Below are positions 1 through 8,260 of a stretch of DNA of 64,000 bases, in pieces (within the stretch, counting starts at the first letter, position 1; every line of letters begins with the position of its first letter). The stretch spans positions 1,444 through 65,443 of the forward strand of contig JAFGPD010000010.1 of NCBI GenBank assembly GCA_016926185.1, written 5' to 3'. The position numbers and the translations under genes are program-made. Origin of the DNA: Candidatus Woesebacteria bacterium (GTDB taxonomy: Bacteria > Patescibacteriota > Microgenomatia > UBA8517). The notes beneath the pieces were generated by a model, which was not told the DNA's origin, did not search any database, and saw only the letters and a program-made list of their open reading frames with translations.

Positions 1-79
1 ATCGGTACTGTTTTCACGGACTTCACCGCAAAGTACCAAAATTGTTGCGGCAGGGCAATTTTTGAGCATATAATAAACT

Positions 80-712
80 ATGGATGCAACCGAAAATACG
101 TCTGATGCTTCTGAGGATTTCAGTGTTGCCAAAAGCGAAAAAGCAAAAAGCCAGCCGCGTTTCCACGGAAAGTTTTTCAAAGCCGCATCACCATCCGATA
201 AGGGAAAGAAGGCCGATAAGCCCGGATTGGTCGTTAATTTTACTGAGAACAAAGCGAGTCCTACTTTGACCGGCGATGATGCGCCGCTTGTTGATGTTAA
301 GGTAACAAACCCCGTGACCTATCTGAAAAAGTGGTGGAAAAAGATCATCGGTAACGAAGGGATCATGTTGAAATTTTCCCTGAAAATAAAACCTCTCACG
401 GCTTTTCTTCTGGTTGCTTTTGTTGTGTCCGGCGGAATAACAATAAATCTTTTAAATAGACTCCGGGATAAAAGCTCTGTTGCCCAATATATTCCTGCTT
501 TCGGATATGCTGAGCCCGTCGAGCGTGCATTCAGCGGCCGGCTGGAATCGGACGGGAAAGGTAACTATTTCGTTATTACTGCAACTGAAGTGATAAGGGT
601 TCAGAGCAATTTGGATCTTGAGCCATTTATGGGTGAAAATGTTTTGGTTAGCGGTTCATATAGTGATGCTGTTAAAACATTGAGTGTAACCCGGATCAAA
701 AAATTATTATAA
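80..712 (+). CDS. Hypothetical membrane-anchored protein with one central TM segment
   Basis: 210-aa ORF with Lys-rich N-terminus and a hydrophobic stretch LTAFLLVAFVVSGGITINLL; no recognisable catalytic motifs. Confidence 0.4.
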   Translation: MDATENTSDASEDFSVAKSEKAKSQPRFHGKFFKAASPSDKGKKADKPGLVVNFTENKASPTLTGDDAPLVDVKVTNPVTYLKKWWKKIIGNEGIMLKFSLKIKPLTAFLLVAFVVSGGITINLLNRLRDKSSVAQYIPAFGYAEPVERAFSGRLESDGKGNYFVITATEVIRVQSNLDLEPFMGENVLVSGSYSDAVKTLSVTRIKKLL

Positions 713-785
713 ACACCTGCTGAGCGATTGATTAGATTAATTGTCTTCTGAATTATTAATATAATTAGATAATCTTAAAACTGAT

Positions 786-1016
786 ATGGCTAAAGTACAG
801 TTCTCGGGAAAAGCAATAAAGAAAATGGAAGATTCAAATCTTTCTGAGAAGAAAGTGTTGGATGCCTATAAGGGCGGTGATGAGCAAAAGTGGAGTAACG
901 GAAAAGGATTCAATTCAGTAAAGAAGTACCCGGGATATGAAATTGGTGTTGCTTATTTTAAAAATGATGAGGGAACTTCTATTATCACTTCAGTATGGAA
1001 AAGAAAAAGAAGATAA
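786..1016 (+). CDS. DUF4258-like small protein (toxin-like fold), paralogous in motif to the 22532-22822 gene
   Basis: 76 aa; C-terminal ITSVWKRK resembles the IISVWSKK end of the 22532 protein, which carries the HALERMRDRGI hallmark of DUF4258. Confidence 0.4.
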   Translation: MAKVQFSGKAIKKMEDSNLSEKKVLDAYKGGDEQKWSNGKGFNSVKKYPGYEIGVAYFKNDEGTSIITSVWKRKRR

Positions 1017-1017
1017 T

Positions 1018-1046
1018 TTGACCCTATAATATATAAGAGGTAAAAT
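1018..1046 (+). promoter_or_regulatory. Sigma70-like promoter TTGACC-N17-TAAAAT ending 8 nt before the ATG at 1055 (leaderless-type)
   Basis: TTGACC at 1018-1023, 17-nt spacer, TAAAAT at 1041-1046; an 18-mer TTTGACCCTATAATATAT identical to 10737-10754. Confidence 0.45.
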
Positions 1047-1054
1047 ATAAAGCA

Positions 1055-1339
1055 ATGGGAGAAAGATATAACGGTTATCCTTTGCTTTTTACTGAGGATC
1101 CTGAACCAGAGATAGTCGAGCTAAACCAACGAGAGGATGAGGTTCTGTATGAGAGATTTGAAGGGAATGATGTCCTTAGCTGGAAAGTCGAAGGTGTTCA
1201 CCCTGGAAGAAATCCGTTGGTTTTGGGACGTTTTCATGATGAAGAAGGTAGATTTGATGGATATTATCATGTAAAAGTGCTTGATGGTAAACCAAAAGAA
1301 ATATTAGTATCTCCAGATAAAATGACTAAAAGGGAATAA
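1055..1339 (+). CDS. Hypothetical small acidic protein
   Basis: 94-aa ORF directly downstream of the conserved promoter box; no recognisable domain. Confidence 0.4.
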   Translation: MGERYNGYPLLFTEDPEPEIVELNQREDEVLYERFEGNDVLSWKVEGVHPGRNPLVLGRFHDEEGRFDGYYHVKVLDGKPKEILVSPDKMTKRE

Positions 1340-1436
1340 ACTGTAACTTTTTAAATAAATTGCCTTCGGCTTCGCCTTCGTAATTTTTATATCTTTTACT
1401 ACTGTTTTCCATTTGTTTATTTTTTTAAACGCTGTT

Positions 1437-1470
1437 AATATTCTCACATTCTTGAGAAAGTGAGAATATT
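1437..1470. promoter_or_regulatory. Perfect 11-bp inverted repeat (AATATTCTCAC-N12-GTGAGAATATT), candidate ArsR autoregulatory operator
   Basis: Palindrome read directly; ends 16 nt before the ArsR-family gene ATG at 1487. Confidence 0.5.
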
Positions 1471-1486
1471 AGGATAAAGTGAATGT

Positions 1487-1753
1487 ATGAATACCAAACG
1501 ACTTCAAAAGATTGTAAAAGGTTTTTCGAATCATAGAAGAATTCAAATTATGGAACTTTTGGAAACTTATCCTGATTTATCTTTGTCTGACATTGCAAGC
1601 AGAACTAAGATTAATTTAAAAACAGCAGGTGAACACACAAGAAGACTTGATGCATCTGGTTTAATAGAAAAAAATTACAGGGGAAGAGATGTGATACATT
1701 CACTAACAATTTTAGGCAAGAACATTCTTACGTTCTTAAGAAAGTTAGAATGA
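1487..1753 (+). CDS. ArsR/SmtB-family winged-helix transcriptional regulator
   Basis: 88 aa; NHRRIQIMELLETYPDLSLSDIASRT matches the ArsR HTH signature. Confidence 0.7.
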   Translation: MNTKRLQKIVKGFSNHRRIQIMELLETYPDLSLSDIASRTKINLKTAGEHTRRLDASGLIEKNYRGRDVIHSLTILGKNILTFLRKLE

Positions 1754-1786
1754 TTTGGAATCTCTGAATTTGACCCATTTTAAATA

Positions 1787-1815
1787 TTGACGCTTTTTAT
1801 TTCACGCGGTTTAAT
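1787..1815 (+). promoter_or_regulatory. Conserved promoter copy 1 (TTGACG-N17-TTTAAT) abutting the ATG at 1822
   Basis: TATTGACGCTTTTTATTTCACGCGGTTTAAT; near-identical copies at 6154-6184 and 6521-6551. Confidence 0.45.
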
Positions 1816-1821
1816 GGAGAC

Positions 1822-2121
1822 ATGAGTGACACCAATAAATTGTTTCAAAAAATTGTGAATGGCCAGAGTGCCATGAAGCAAGCAATCCTAAAAGAAGTAA
1901 AAAAGGTAGATAGTAAACTGAGTGGCAGGATGGATACTCTTGAACAGAAACTTGGCAAACTTGATAAAAAAATTGATAAAGGATTCAAGGAAGTTAATAA
2001 CCGATTGGATAAGCAGGGAAAATCTTTAGCTTATCTGGAAGATGATGCTCCAACGGTTGAGGAATTTGATAAGCTGGAAGAAAGAGTTACCGAGATTGAG
2101 GATAAAGTGCTTCACGCTTGA
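1822..2121 (+). CDS. Small coiled-coil protein, paralog A (unknown function)
   Basis: 99 aa, heptad-rich and charged, no TM; paralog of 6191-6469 at the DNA level, including a ~57-nt near-identical 3' stretch. Confidence 0.55.
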   Translation: MSDTNKLFQKIVNGQSAMKQAILKEVKKVDSKLSGRMDTLEQKLGKLDKKIDKGFKEVNNRLDKQGKSLAYLEDDAPTVEEFDKLEERVTEIEDKVLHA

Positions 2122-2152
2122 TTTGACATAAATTGCCTTTGCACCCAATTTT

Positions 2153-3601
2153 TTAATGGGTAATTATATCTTTTAACACTTTATTGAGCTTATTTCCATC
2201 CCACAATTCAACATTATTTGAAGATGCCAATTGTCTTGCACTTTTGGTAAATTTAGAGGTTGTGATGACCATAGCTCTGTCACATTTATAATGCTTTGTT
2301 GCTGCAACAGCTTCTTGAATTGCCTTATTGGTAACTGGCTTAGAGTATCTTTTTGCTTGTACCGCGATTTTTTCTCCTCCCTTTTTTATGATCAGATCAG
2401 CACCCTGGTCACCCGAAACAGGTGTTTTTACTACCAAGTGTCCAAGTTTTTTGAATAAATCTTGTAAAAGATCTTCGAATTCAATACCACTCAGATCATT
2501 TATTTTTCTACTAGAAAATTGGTTGGCAGAGGAACTTTTTCCCATTTTTAGTTCATTCTCGAAATTTTCAATCTCTTTTTGTTCTTCTTTTCTTTTTATT
2601 AAATCAATGATCTCTTCTTCCGGCAGGTCTTCGGTAGTAATATCCAGCTCTATAAATAATCGATTTAAAGTATAAGAAAATACCTCGTTGAAGTCCGTTT
2701 CGTACTCTCTGAGTGTTGGTATGGTGTCTTGGGTTTTCATTGCCGATAAACATGCTACAAAAGAAGTAACTACATCGTCTTTGGTAATAACATAACTTTC
2801 TGGTTCGTTAGATTTAGACTGTTTTAAATGAATAAATGTTGCTTCCCTGAGAGATCTGAATAAAGCTTCTTTCTGCGGACCCAGATTTATTGCTCTCAAT
2901 TTCTTGTGTTTATTCAGAAGCAGATCAGTAAGTTCCTCGTAATTTAAGCTGATGTCATTCTTTTCAAATATTGCCAACAGTTTTGGATAATCACTAAATA
3001 TGGTCAGCATCGATTCGAGCATGTCTTTGAATTGGCTATCCGGAGAGTCTACTTCCGGAAAACTCTGTTCTATTTCGATAATTTTATTACTGATAGTCAT
3101 TTTTATATTATCAATATCATTTAACCTTATCGCATTGAGAATAAATGGTGCTTTAGGAATAATGGCAAGTGAGGCAAAGTGTGCATTCCCAACTCTTTCG
3201 ATAAAAGATTTAAGAAAGTCTGTTTCAAGTTTTGCGATCTTCTCTTCCAGTTGTGTTATACGCAGTTTTTTTTCTTGTTCATTCTTTTTTATTTCATTTT
3301 TGATCTTTTCATAATTTTCTAAAGCAGAACTTTCTGAATCTTCTATGGAGATCTCTATACCATATTCACTTAAGAGCCTTTGGTTTAAAAGCGTAAAGGT
3401 GGACAACAGATCTTCTTCGGATGTTTCTTGATCCACTTCATCAATTAGTGTACGTATCAAAGCAAGTGTGATTTCATCCTGGGTTATCTCATAAAGATCA
3501 AGACTGCTTAGCCGGCTTTCTACTTTCGGTTTGACAATGTCTAGTAAATTCTCAAGGTGTTCAAGTGCTTTTTGTATTGCCATATCACGTTGGTTTGACA
3601 T
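2153..3601 (-). CDS. Mrr-like type IV restriction endonuclease catalytic domain fused to a ~350-aa N-terminal domain of unknown function
   Basis: C-terminal GADLIIKKGGEKIAVQAKRYSKP...VITTSKFTKSA...VELWDG matches the Mrr_cat PD-(D/E)xK-like core; N-terminal part is coiled-coil-rich with no recognised domain. Confidence 0.6.
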   Translation of the reverse strand: MSNQRDMAIQKALEHLENLLDIVKPKVESRLSSLDLYEITQDEITLALIRTLIDEVDQETSEEDLLSTFTLLNQRLLSEYGIEISIEDSESSALENYEKIKNEIKKNEQEKKLRITQLEEKIAKLETDFLKSFIERVGNAHFASLAIIPKAPFILNAIRLNDIDNIKMTISNKIIEIEQSFPEVDSPDSQFKDMLESMLTIFSDYPKLLAIFEKNDISLNYEELTDLLLNKHKKLRAINLGPQKEALFRSLREATFIHLKQSKSNEPESYVITKDDVVTSFVACLSAMKTQDTIPTLREYETDFNEVFSYTLNRLFIELDITTEDLPEEEIIDLIKRKEEQKEIENFENELKMGKSSSANQFSSRKINDLSGIEFEDLLQDLFKKLGHLVVKTPVSGDQGADLIIKKGGEKIAVQAKRYSKPVTNKAIQEAVAATKHYKCDRAMVITTSKFTKSARQLASSNNVELWDGNKLNKVLKDIITH

Positions 3602-3691
3602 TGCCTTATTTTAGCAAATAGGAGTAAATAAAAATGGAGAATCTTACGGTATATGATCAAAATAAATATTACTCGAAACCAACCTACACAT

Positions 3692-3720
3692 TTGACCCTA
3701 TAGTGGATAAGGGTATATAA
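3692..3720 (+). promoter_or_regulatory. TTGACC-N16/17-TATATA promoter box upstream of a 17-codon ORF and the GmrSD-like gene
   Basis: CATTTGACCCTATAGTGGATAAGGGTATATAA; same motif family as 1018, 6779, 7556 and 10738. Confidence 0.4.
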
Positions 3721-3825
3721 TTTACCCATATTCATGGCAAAAAAGAACACTTCTGGTAGAGAGAATCTAGAGATATTTGCATAGATTGCAAAAGATGTTA
3801 GAAATATGTGAGAATACAGAAGAAA

Positions 3826-5562
3826 ATGGAAATTATTACAGATAAGAAAAAACTTGTTGATCTGGTAACAGGTGCAAGAAAAGGAAAAGTTGTTTTGCCT
3901 CAATTTCAAAGATCATTTGTCTGGTCTTATGTAGATGTTGTTGATTTATTGGTTTCAATTTTTAATGGTTATTATGTAGGAAGCTTTTTAACTTTGAAGT
4001 GTGACAGTGAGAATGTACCCTTTGACTTTCGTACTATCGAGGGAGTTAATAAACAAAATGAAGATCTTAATCCAGAGGTGATGATACTGGATGGACAACA
4101 AAGGATTACTACACTTCATTATGTATTGTATGCGCCGGAAGAAATTACACTAAAGTACGCGAAATATCCTTATAGATTTTTTCTGAAACTTGATAGTTTG
4201 GTTAATGGTGATTTTGATAATGCAATTTATGGTATTAGATCAGACCAGTCAGAGAAATATATGTCACCCGAGTGGCAGTTCGAGAATAAAACCATTCCAT
4301 TCACAACACTTCAGGACTTTCAATCTTGGGATTCTTGGCTTGATAGTTACCAAGATTGGCTGCGCTCAATAGATGAAGAACAGTACGAAAATTATGTTAC
4401 CGCAGAGAGAGCAGACTGGAAGCAATCAATAAATGTATTTTTCGACATGGTTATACCAATAATCGAGATACCGAAAGTCAAAAGTGATGACGAAGACGGC
4501 GTAGCGGAAGTGTGCGCTATCTTTGAAAAAATTAACACAAAAGGTGTGAAATTATCGGTATTTGATTTGCTTACTGCCCGTCTTTTTAAATACAAAATTG
4601 ACCTGCATAAGTTATGGGAGGAAACACTAGAAACTTATAATTTGATAGATGATTTTTCGGAGGGGGAAAGTAACCCATATGGTATTTTTATTTTGAGAAT
4701 TATAGCGCTCATTAGAGGAGTCGATGTTAAAAGTAAAAATCTGATAAATTTGAAGCCAAATAACTTTGAGAATGATTGGGCGAACGCGTCAAAATATTTA
4801 CACAAAGCACTAAAAAGATTGATATCAACTAACGACGACGGTTTCGGCGTTTTTGATAAAAAATGGATGCCATATCCACCACTTCTCCCTGTATTATCTT
4901 CAGTTTTGTACCTTATCGATAAAAATAATTATAATAATTCCGCCTATAAAGCAATTAAAAAGTGGTATTGGGGATCTGTATTTGGCGAGAGATATCAAAG
5001 CGCTGTTGAAAGCAAGACAACATCGGATTTTAGAGAGATATCTCGCTACCTATCTGGTGAAGAAGTAAGCATTAAACTGTTTACTGAAATAGATGCAAAT
5101 ATAACTCTTAACGAACTATATGAAGTGAAGAGTGTCAACAGGATCAATTCAATTTATAAAGGAGTGATGAACTTATTAGCAATTAACCAAGCAAGAGATT
5201 TCCTGTTGCATGATAGTATTGAATTTCATGAACTTGATGATCACCACATTTTCCCGAAAGCATATTTGGCCAAAATTAAAGATGAGGAAGATCAGGTAAA
5301 GTATAAAGATAATTTGATAAATACAATCGTGAATAAAACCCTGATAAGTTATAGTACAAATAGAAAAATAAGTAAAAAGAAACCATCCGATTATGTAAAG
5401 GATAATAATTTAATTGTTCAGGCTTCTGTTAAAAGTATTTTGAAACGTCACTTTATCAATCAGGAAGCGTACGAGGCTATGTGTATGAATGATTATGAAA
5501 AATTTGTTAATGAGAGGAGTAACGTGTTAGTTAAAAAGATTAAGTCGCTTCTCCAAATTTGA
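3826..5562 (+). CDS. GmrSD-like type IV restriction enzyme (DUF262 ParB-like nuclease N-domain + DUF1524 HNH-like C-domain)
   Basis: LPQFQRSFVW and DGQQRITT (DUF262 signatures) near the N-terminus; HELDDHHIFPKAYL near the C-terminus (DUF1524-like); first in-frame ATG at 3826, although the ORF opens at a GTG at 3808. Confidence 0.75.
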   Translation: MEIITDKKKLVDLVTGARKGKVVLPQFQRSFVWSYVDVVDLLVSIFNGYYVGSFLTLKCDSENVPFDFRTIEGVNKQNEDLNPEVMILDGQQRITTLHYVLYAPEEITLKYAKYPYRFFLKLDSLVNGDFDNAIYGIRSDQSEKYMSPEWQFENKTIPFTTLQDFQSWDSWLDSYQDWLRSIDEEQYENYVTAERADWKQSINVFFDMVIPIIEIPKVKSDDEDGVAEVCAIFEKINTKGVKLSVFDLLTARLFKYKIDLHKLWEETLETYNLIDDFSEGESNPYGIFILRIIALIRGVDVKSKNLINLKPNNFENDWANASKYLHKALKRLISTNDDGFGVFDKKWMPYPPLLPVLSSVLYLIDKNNYNNSAYKAIKKWYWGSVFGERYQSAVESKTTSDFREISRYLSGEEVSIKLFTEIDANITLNELYEVKSVNRINSIYKGVMNLLAINQARDFLLHDSIEFHELDDHHIFPKAYLAKIKDEEDQVKYKDNLINTIVNKTLISYSTNRKISKKKPSDYVKDNNLIVQASVKSILKRHFINQEAYEAMCMNDYEKFVNERSNVLVKKIKSLLQI

Positions 5563-5619
5563 TCCTTTACCTTTTCTTCTATTTAGTTTCTATTTTATGC
5601 ATGCTATTCTTAGCCACCG

Positions 5620-6102
5620 ATGCAGAGAGATTTGATCTACAAGATTGCAAAGAATGAATTTATATTAGGAGACGAGTCTTTGCATGGAGAAGAACACTGG
5701 AGTAGAGTGGAGAAAATTGGTATATATTTGTCTGAGTTGACCGGTGCGGATGTTGATGTGGTAAGGATATTCGCCTACTTACATGATTGTAAAAGAGAAA
5801 ACGAAATGGAGGATCCCGGGCACGGGGAAAGAGCTGCTGAACTAGTCAAGAAATTGTCCGCGGAAGGTGTTTTGCAGCTAGGTGAGAAGAGTCTGTCGGA
5901 ACTTATTTATGCTTGTTATCATCACAATAAAAAGAGTAAATCTTCTGAGAATATAAATATATTGACTTGTTGGGATAGTGACGCCTTAGATTTGTGGAGA
6001 ATTGATATTGTTCCCGACCCTAATTGGCTAAATACGAAAGAAGCCAGAAGCAGAAAATTAATTAGCTTTTCCTATAAATTATTTGAAAAGTATAAAAAGT
6101 AA
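5620..6102 (+). CDS. Small HD-domain phosphohydrolase
   Basis: HGEEHWSRV ... YLHDCKRE ... DPGHGERAAELV gives an H..HD..H..D arrangement. Confidence 0.5.
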   Translation: MQRDLIYKIAKNEFILGDESLHGEEHWSRVEKIGIYLSELTGADVDVVRIFAYLHDCKRENEMEDPGHGERAAELVKKLSAEGVLQLGEKSLSELIYACYHHNKKSKSSENINILTCWDSDALDLWRIDIVPDPNWLNTKEARSRKLISFSYKLFEKYKK

Positions 6103-6155
6103 GACCCTAATAGTAAGTATGATGTGTATTAACATCTGAATTGACTCTTTATATA

Positions 6156-6184
6156 TTGACGCTTTTTATTTCACGCGGTTTAAT
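6156..6184 (+). promoter_or_regulatory. Conserved promoter copy 2 (TTGACG-N17-TTTAAT) 6 nt before the ATG at 6191
   Basis: Near-identical to 1787-1815. Confidence 0.45.
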
Positions 6185-6190
6185 AAGGAT

Positions 6191-6469
6191 ATGGATGATG
6201 TAAAGAAAATGTTTCAAAAAATTGTGAATGGCCAGAGCGCCATGAAACAAGAGATACTTAAAGGAATTAAAAAAGTAGAGGATAAACTAACAAGCAGAAT
6301 AGACGGACTTGAAAAGAAAACTGAAAAAGGATTCAAAGAAGTTAATAGCCGTTTAGATAAACAAGGAAAATCCTTAGCTTATCTGGAGGATGATGCTCCA
6401 ACGGTTGAGGAATTTGATAAGCTGGAAAAAAGAGTTGCCAAGATTGAGCAAAAAGTGCTTCACGCTTGA
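6191..6469 (+). CDS. Small coiled-coil protein, paralog B
   Basis: 92 aa; MFQKIVNGQSAMKQ...LAYLEDDAPTVEEFDKLE...KVLHA shared with paralog A. Confidence 0.55.
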   Translation: MDDVKKMFQKIVNGQSAMKQEILKGIKKVEDKLTSRIDGLEKKTEKGFKEVNSRLDKQGKSLAYLEDDAPTVEEFDKLEKRVAKIEQKVLHA

Positions 6470-6522
6470 TTTAACATAAATTGCCTTCGGTGAAAATGGA
6501 TATAATTTGACCTTTTTAAATA

Positions 6523-6551
6523 TTGACGCTTACTATTTCATGCGGTTTAAT
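6523..6551 (+). promoter_or_regulatory. Conserved promoter copy 3 (TTGACG-N17-TTTAAT) before the ATG at 6558
   Basis: TATTGACGCTTACTATTTCATGCGGTTTAAT, a diverged copy of the 1787 and 6156 element. Confidence 0.4.
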
Positions 6552-6557
6552 AGGGAT

Positions 6558-6767
6558 ATGGCAGATAAATTCCTCACTGAAGAAGATATAGATCTTTTGG
6601 AATCAAGACTAAAAGAAGTTTTTGTGACAAAAGAAGACTTCACGGAATATAAAAGTGAACTCTTTGGTAAGTTGGACGAAATAATCAAAAATACCCGTGA
6701 TACTAATGATGAAGTTGAACTTGTTGAAAATAGAATTACCACAATTGAGACAAAGTTAGCTTCATAA
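6558..6767 (+). CDS. Small coiled-coil protein sharing the promoter of the paralogs but not their sequence
   Basis: 69 aa from the ATG at 6558 (MADKFLTEEDIDLLESRLKE...); the annotated ORF start at 6507 would lie inside the promoter box. Confidence 0.4.
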   Translation: MADKFLTEEDIDLLESRLKEVFVTKEDFTEYKSELFGKLDEIIKNTRDTNDEVELVENRITTIETKLAS

Positions 6768-6778
6768 ATTTTCCCAAT

Positions 6779-6807
6779 TTGACCCCATAATGTGTTGGAT
6801 GTAATAT
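6779..6807 (+). promoter_or_regulatory. TTGACC-N17-TAATAT promoter 7 nt upstream of the ATG at 6815
   Basis: CAATTTGACCCCATAATGTGTTGGATGTAATAT. Confidence 0.4.
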
Positions 6808-6814
6808 TGGGCTG

Positions 6815-7240
6815 ATGAGTACGAAAATAGCACTTCTTATGTCCACTAATGATTGGGAGAAGATGAATATTTATCTTAAGCACTTGTCGAAGAATCAAAG
6901 GGCAGCTTGGAGAAATAATCTTAAATATAGCAAGCGATTTCTTGAAAGTATCGGCTATCCAATCAATTTATATTTCTTTCACAGAAATATAGTTAAATTC
7001 AGAGCAAATTGCGTTGGAATTTTCCAAAAAAAAGACAGAATGTGGCTGGATGGCGAGATACCTGAAGAGTATAAGTCTTCTAAGACTGAGTTTACGACAG
7101 CGGTTTATTTCGATAAACTGAAAAGGGTTAAAGATACACATATAAGTGAGTTTCCAAAGTGGGATGACCCCTCGGAAAGTTTTGAAAGAGGACAGCAGGG
7201 ACTATTAAGAGTTGTAGATCTATTGGATATAGAAAATTGA
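6815..7240 (+). CDS. Hypothetical protein
   Basis: 141-aa ORF with its own promoter box; no recognised domain. Confidence 0.4.
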   Translation: MSTKIALLMSTNDWEKMNIYLKHLSKNQRAAWRNNLKYSKRFLESIGYPINLYFFHRNIVKFRANCVGIFQKKDRMWLDGEIPEEYKSSKTEFTTAVYFDKLKRVKDTHISEFPKWDDPSESFERGQQGLLRVVDLLDIEN

Positions 7241-7241
7241 A

Positions 7242-7529
7242 ATGAAAATCTTTGGTGGTTTATTAATAATATTTGGTTCTGTTTGGACTTTATGGCGATT
7301 GCTGAAACAACCCGAGATGTTTAGGATCACTAGGCAAAACAAAAAAGATAAAGGTAAATTGTCAGGAATCATCACCTATATTTTTTCAGAAACTTTTGGG
7401 TTATGGCCTAGTTTATTGATCATTTATTTTGGATTGAAAATGACAATTCCCGGGATCTTGCCGATTTTTACTAAAGCCGTATATGCACTTATTTTTGCTT
7501 TACTTCTTTTGTTTTTCGGTTTAATATGA
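7242..7529 (+). CDS. Hypothetical small membrane protein (3 predicted TM segments)
   Basis: 95 aa, hydrophobic stretches; starts 1 nt after the upstream stop. Confidence 0.35.
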   Translation: MKIFGGLLIIFGSVWTLWRLLKQPEMFRITRQNKKDKGKLSGIITYIFSETFGLWPSLLIIYFGLKMTIPGILPIFTKAVYALIFALLLLFFGLI

Positions 7530-7555
7530 ACAACTGAATTAACTTTCCTTCCAAT

Positions 7556-7584
7556 TTGACCCCATAGTCTTATCTAAGTATAAT
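7556..7584 (+). promoter_or_regulatory. TTGACC-N17-TATAAT promoter 10 nt upstream of the ATG at 7595
   Basis: CAATTTGACCCCATAGTCTTATCTAAGTATAAT. Confidence 0.45.
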
Positions 7585-7594
7585 ATCCTATATT

Positions 7595-8260
7595 ATGGAA
7601 AGATTGCACGGGGTTGAAGTGCTAAGAAATTATTCTTTCAAAGATACCTCATTACCTTATGAGATAGCTTTGGATAAATTATCTTTAAGAACACAGGCTG
7701 CAGTCGGAAAAAATATTGATGATCTGAGGGCTAAGCAAGATTATAATTCCCATCGAAAGAAAGCTCTTAGAGAATTGGATCAGTTGGAACAAATATTTGA
7801 AATAGATACAATACGCGGCGGTTTCTCTTTTAATGAGGATGAACTTAATGAAGTTTATGAGAGTATGGGTCACTTATCATATTCTGAGATCGTCAGAGGG
7901 TTCGGAGATGATATTCTTCCAAGGTTTTTTGGAGGAGTCTTGTCTGAACGTACGCCGGGAGCCACAATATCGGGATACTTGCTGGATATTACTCAAATTG
8001 TTAACCCGGATGTTGTCTCATACGAAGATAGTATAAGGGAAATGGCGAATTCTCTAAGAGGTACCAAAACTAACCCGTTTATGTTAGGTATCTGTTTTGA
8101 TGATGCAATAAATTTGAGAGGAACAGCCACCTTACCTCATGAATTTTTTATGGATAGTGAAGAAGCGAAAAGATTTGTGCAGGTATATCGCAATTCAATT
8201 AATCCTATGGAAAGAAAAGAATTTAAACAGGGATTAGATTTAAAAATAGTTGCATTGTAA
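7595..8260 (+). CDS. Hypothetical protein
   Basis: 221-aa ORF; no recognised motifs. Confidence 0.45.
   Translation: MERLHGVEVLRNYSFKDTSLPYEIALDKLSLRTQAAVGKNIDDLRAKQDYNSHRKKALRELDQLEQIFEIDTIRGGFSFNEDELNEVYESMGHLSYSEIVRGFGDDILPRFFGGVLSERTPGATISGYLLDITQIVNPDVVSYEDSIREMANSLRGTKTNPFMLGICFDDAINLRGTATLPHEFFMDSEEAKRFVQVYRNSINPMERKEFKQGLDLKIVAL

Noticed and set aside
84-269. 61-aa alternative-frame ORF inside the first gene
   Set aside because: Fully nested in a longer ORF with better coding character.
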